Below are positions 63,868 to 64,000 of a stretch of 64,000 bases of DNA, piece after piece. The stretch comes from Leptogorgia sarmentosa (Eukaryota), in assembly GCA_964658305.1 (NCBI GenBank), contig OZ210884.1, forward strand, positions 5,146,001 to 5,210,000, in the 5' to 3' direction. The notes beneath the pieces were generated by a model that was not told the DNA's origin, made no database searches, and saw nothing but the letters and a program-made list of their open reading frames with translations. The position numbers and the translations under genes were made by a program. Within the stretch, counting starts at the first letter, position 1, and every line of letters starts with the position of its first letter.

Positions 63868-64000
63868 CTGAAAAGAAATATTTTTCATATTATTATTTTA
63901 ATATCTTTTCCTGGGCAAAAAGTTCATATGAAGAAAATGCTGTGGTCATATTCCCTACAAAATGTCTTGTAAAAGACTCAGGTGCATTTATTTAACAAAG

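Noticed and set aside
42536..64000. KDZ cluster lying inside an intron of gene B or truncating it
   Set aside because: Signal-peptide and first Calx-beta exons are present at 43825-43756 and 43036-42925, so the CDS is complete; only a 5'UTR exon is unplaced.

Overview
AT-rich, intron-containing animal genomic DNA, not prokaryotic; probably an invertebrate such as a coral (inference from repeat style only). I rebuilt spliced genes by hand from GT/AG junctions and frame continuity. (1) 1-7447 (+): 3' half of a type I membrane protein gene (cbEGF repeats-SEA-EGF-TM-Tyr-rich tail). (2) 9573-43825 (-): an apparently complete tail-to-tail paralog with signal peptide, Calx-beta, about 91 cbEGF domains, SEA, EGF, TM and tail. 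About 80 of its EGF exons form a young tandem exon+intron array with higher-order repeats, and three exons carry a furin-type RxKR insertion. (3) Many MITEs and non-autonomous DNA transposons, including nested ones, a 41-bp minisatellite inside a MITE, and a 2.4-kb CCCAG-ended EnSpm/CACTA-like element. (4) 50566-57055 (+): an intact 16-exon CxC3-like/KDZ (Kyakuja-Dileera-Zisupton) transposase. It is followed by a 3-exon RFX-type winged-helix + pseudokinase gene (+) and a convergent gene (-) with an HMG box, a TFII-I N-terminal-like segment and a GTF2I repeat. This cluster is the best candidate for an undescribed system: a large cargo-carrying KDZ element that may bear on the origin of the vertebrate TFII-I family. 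Domain calls come from motif recognition, not database searches.
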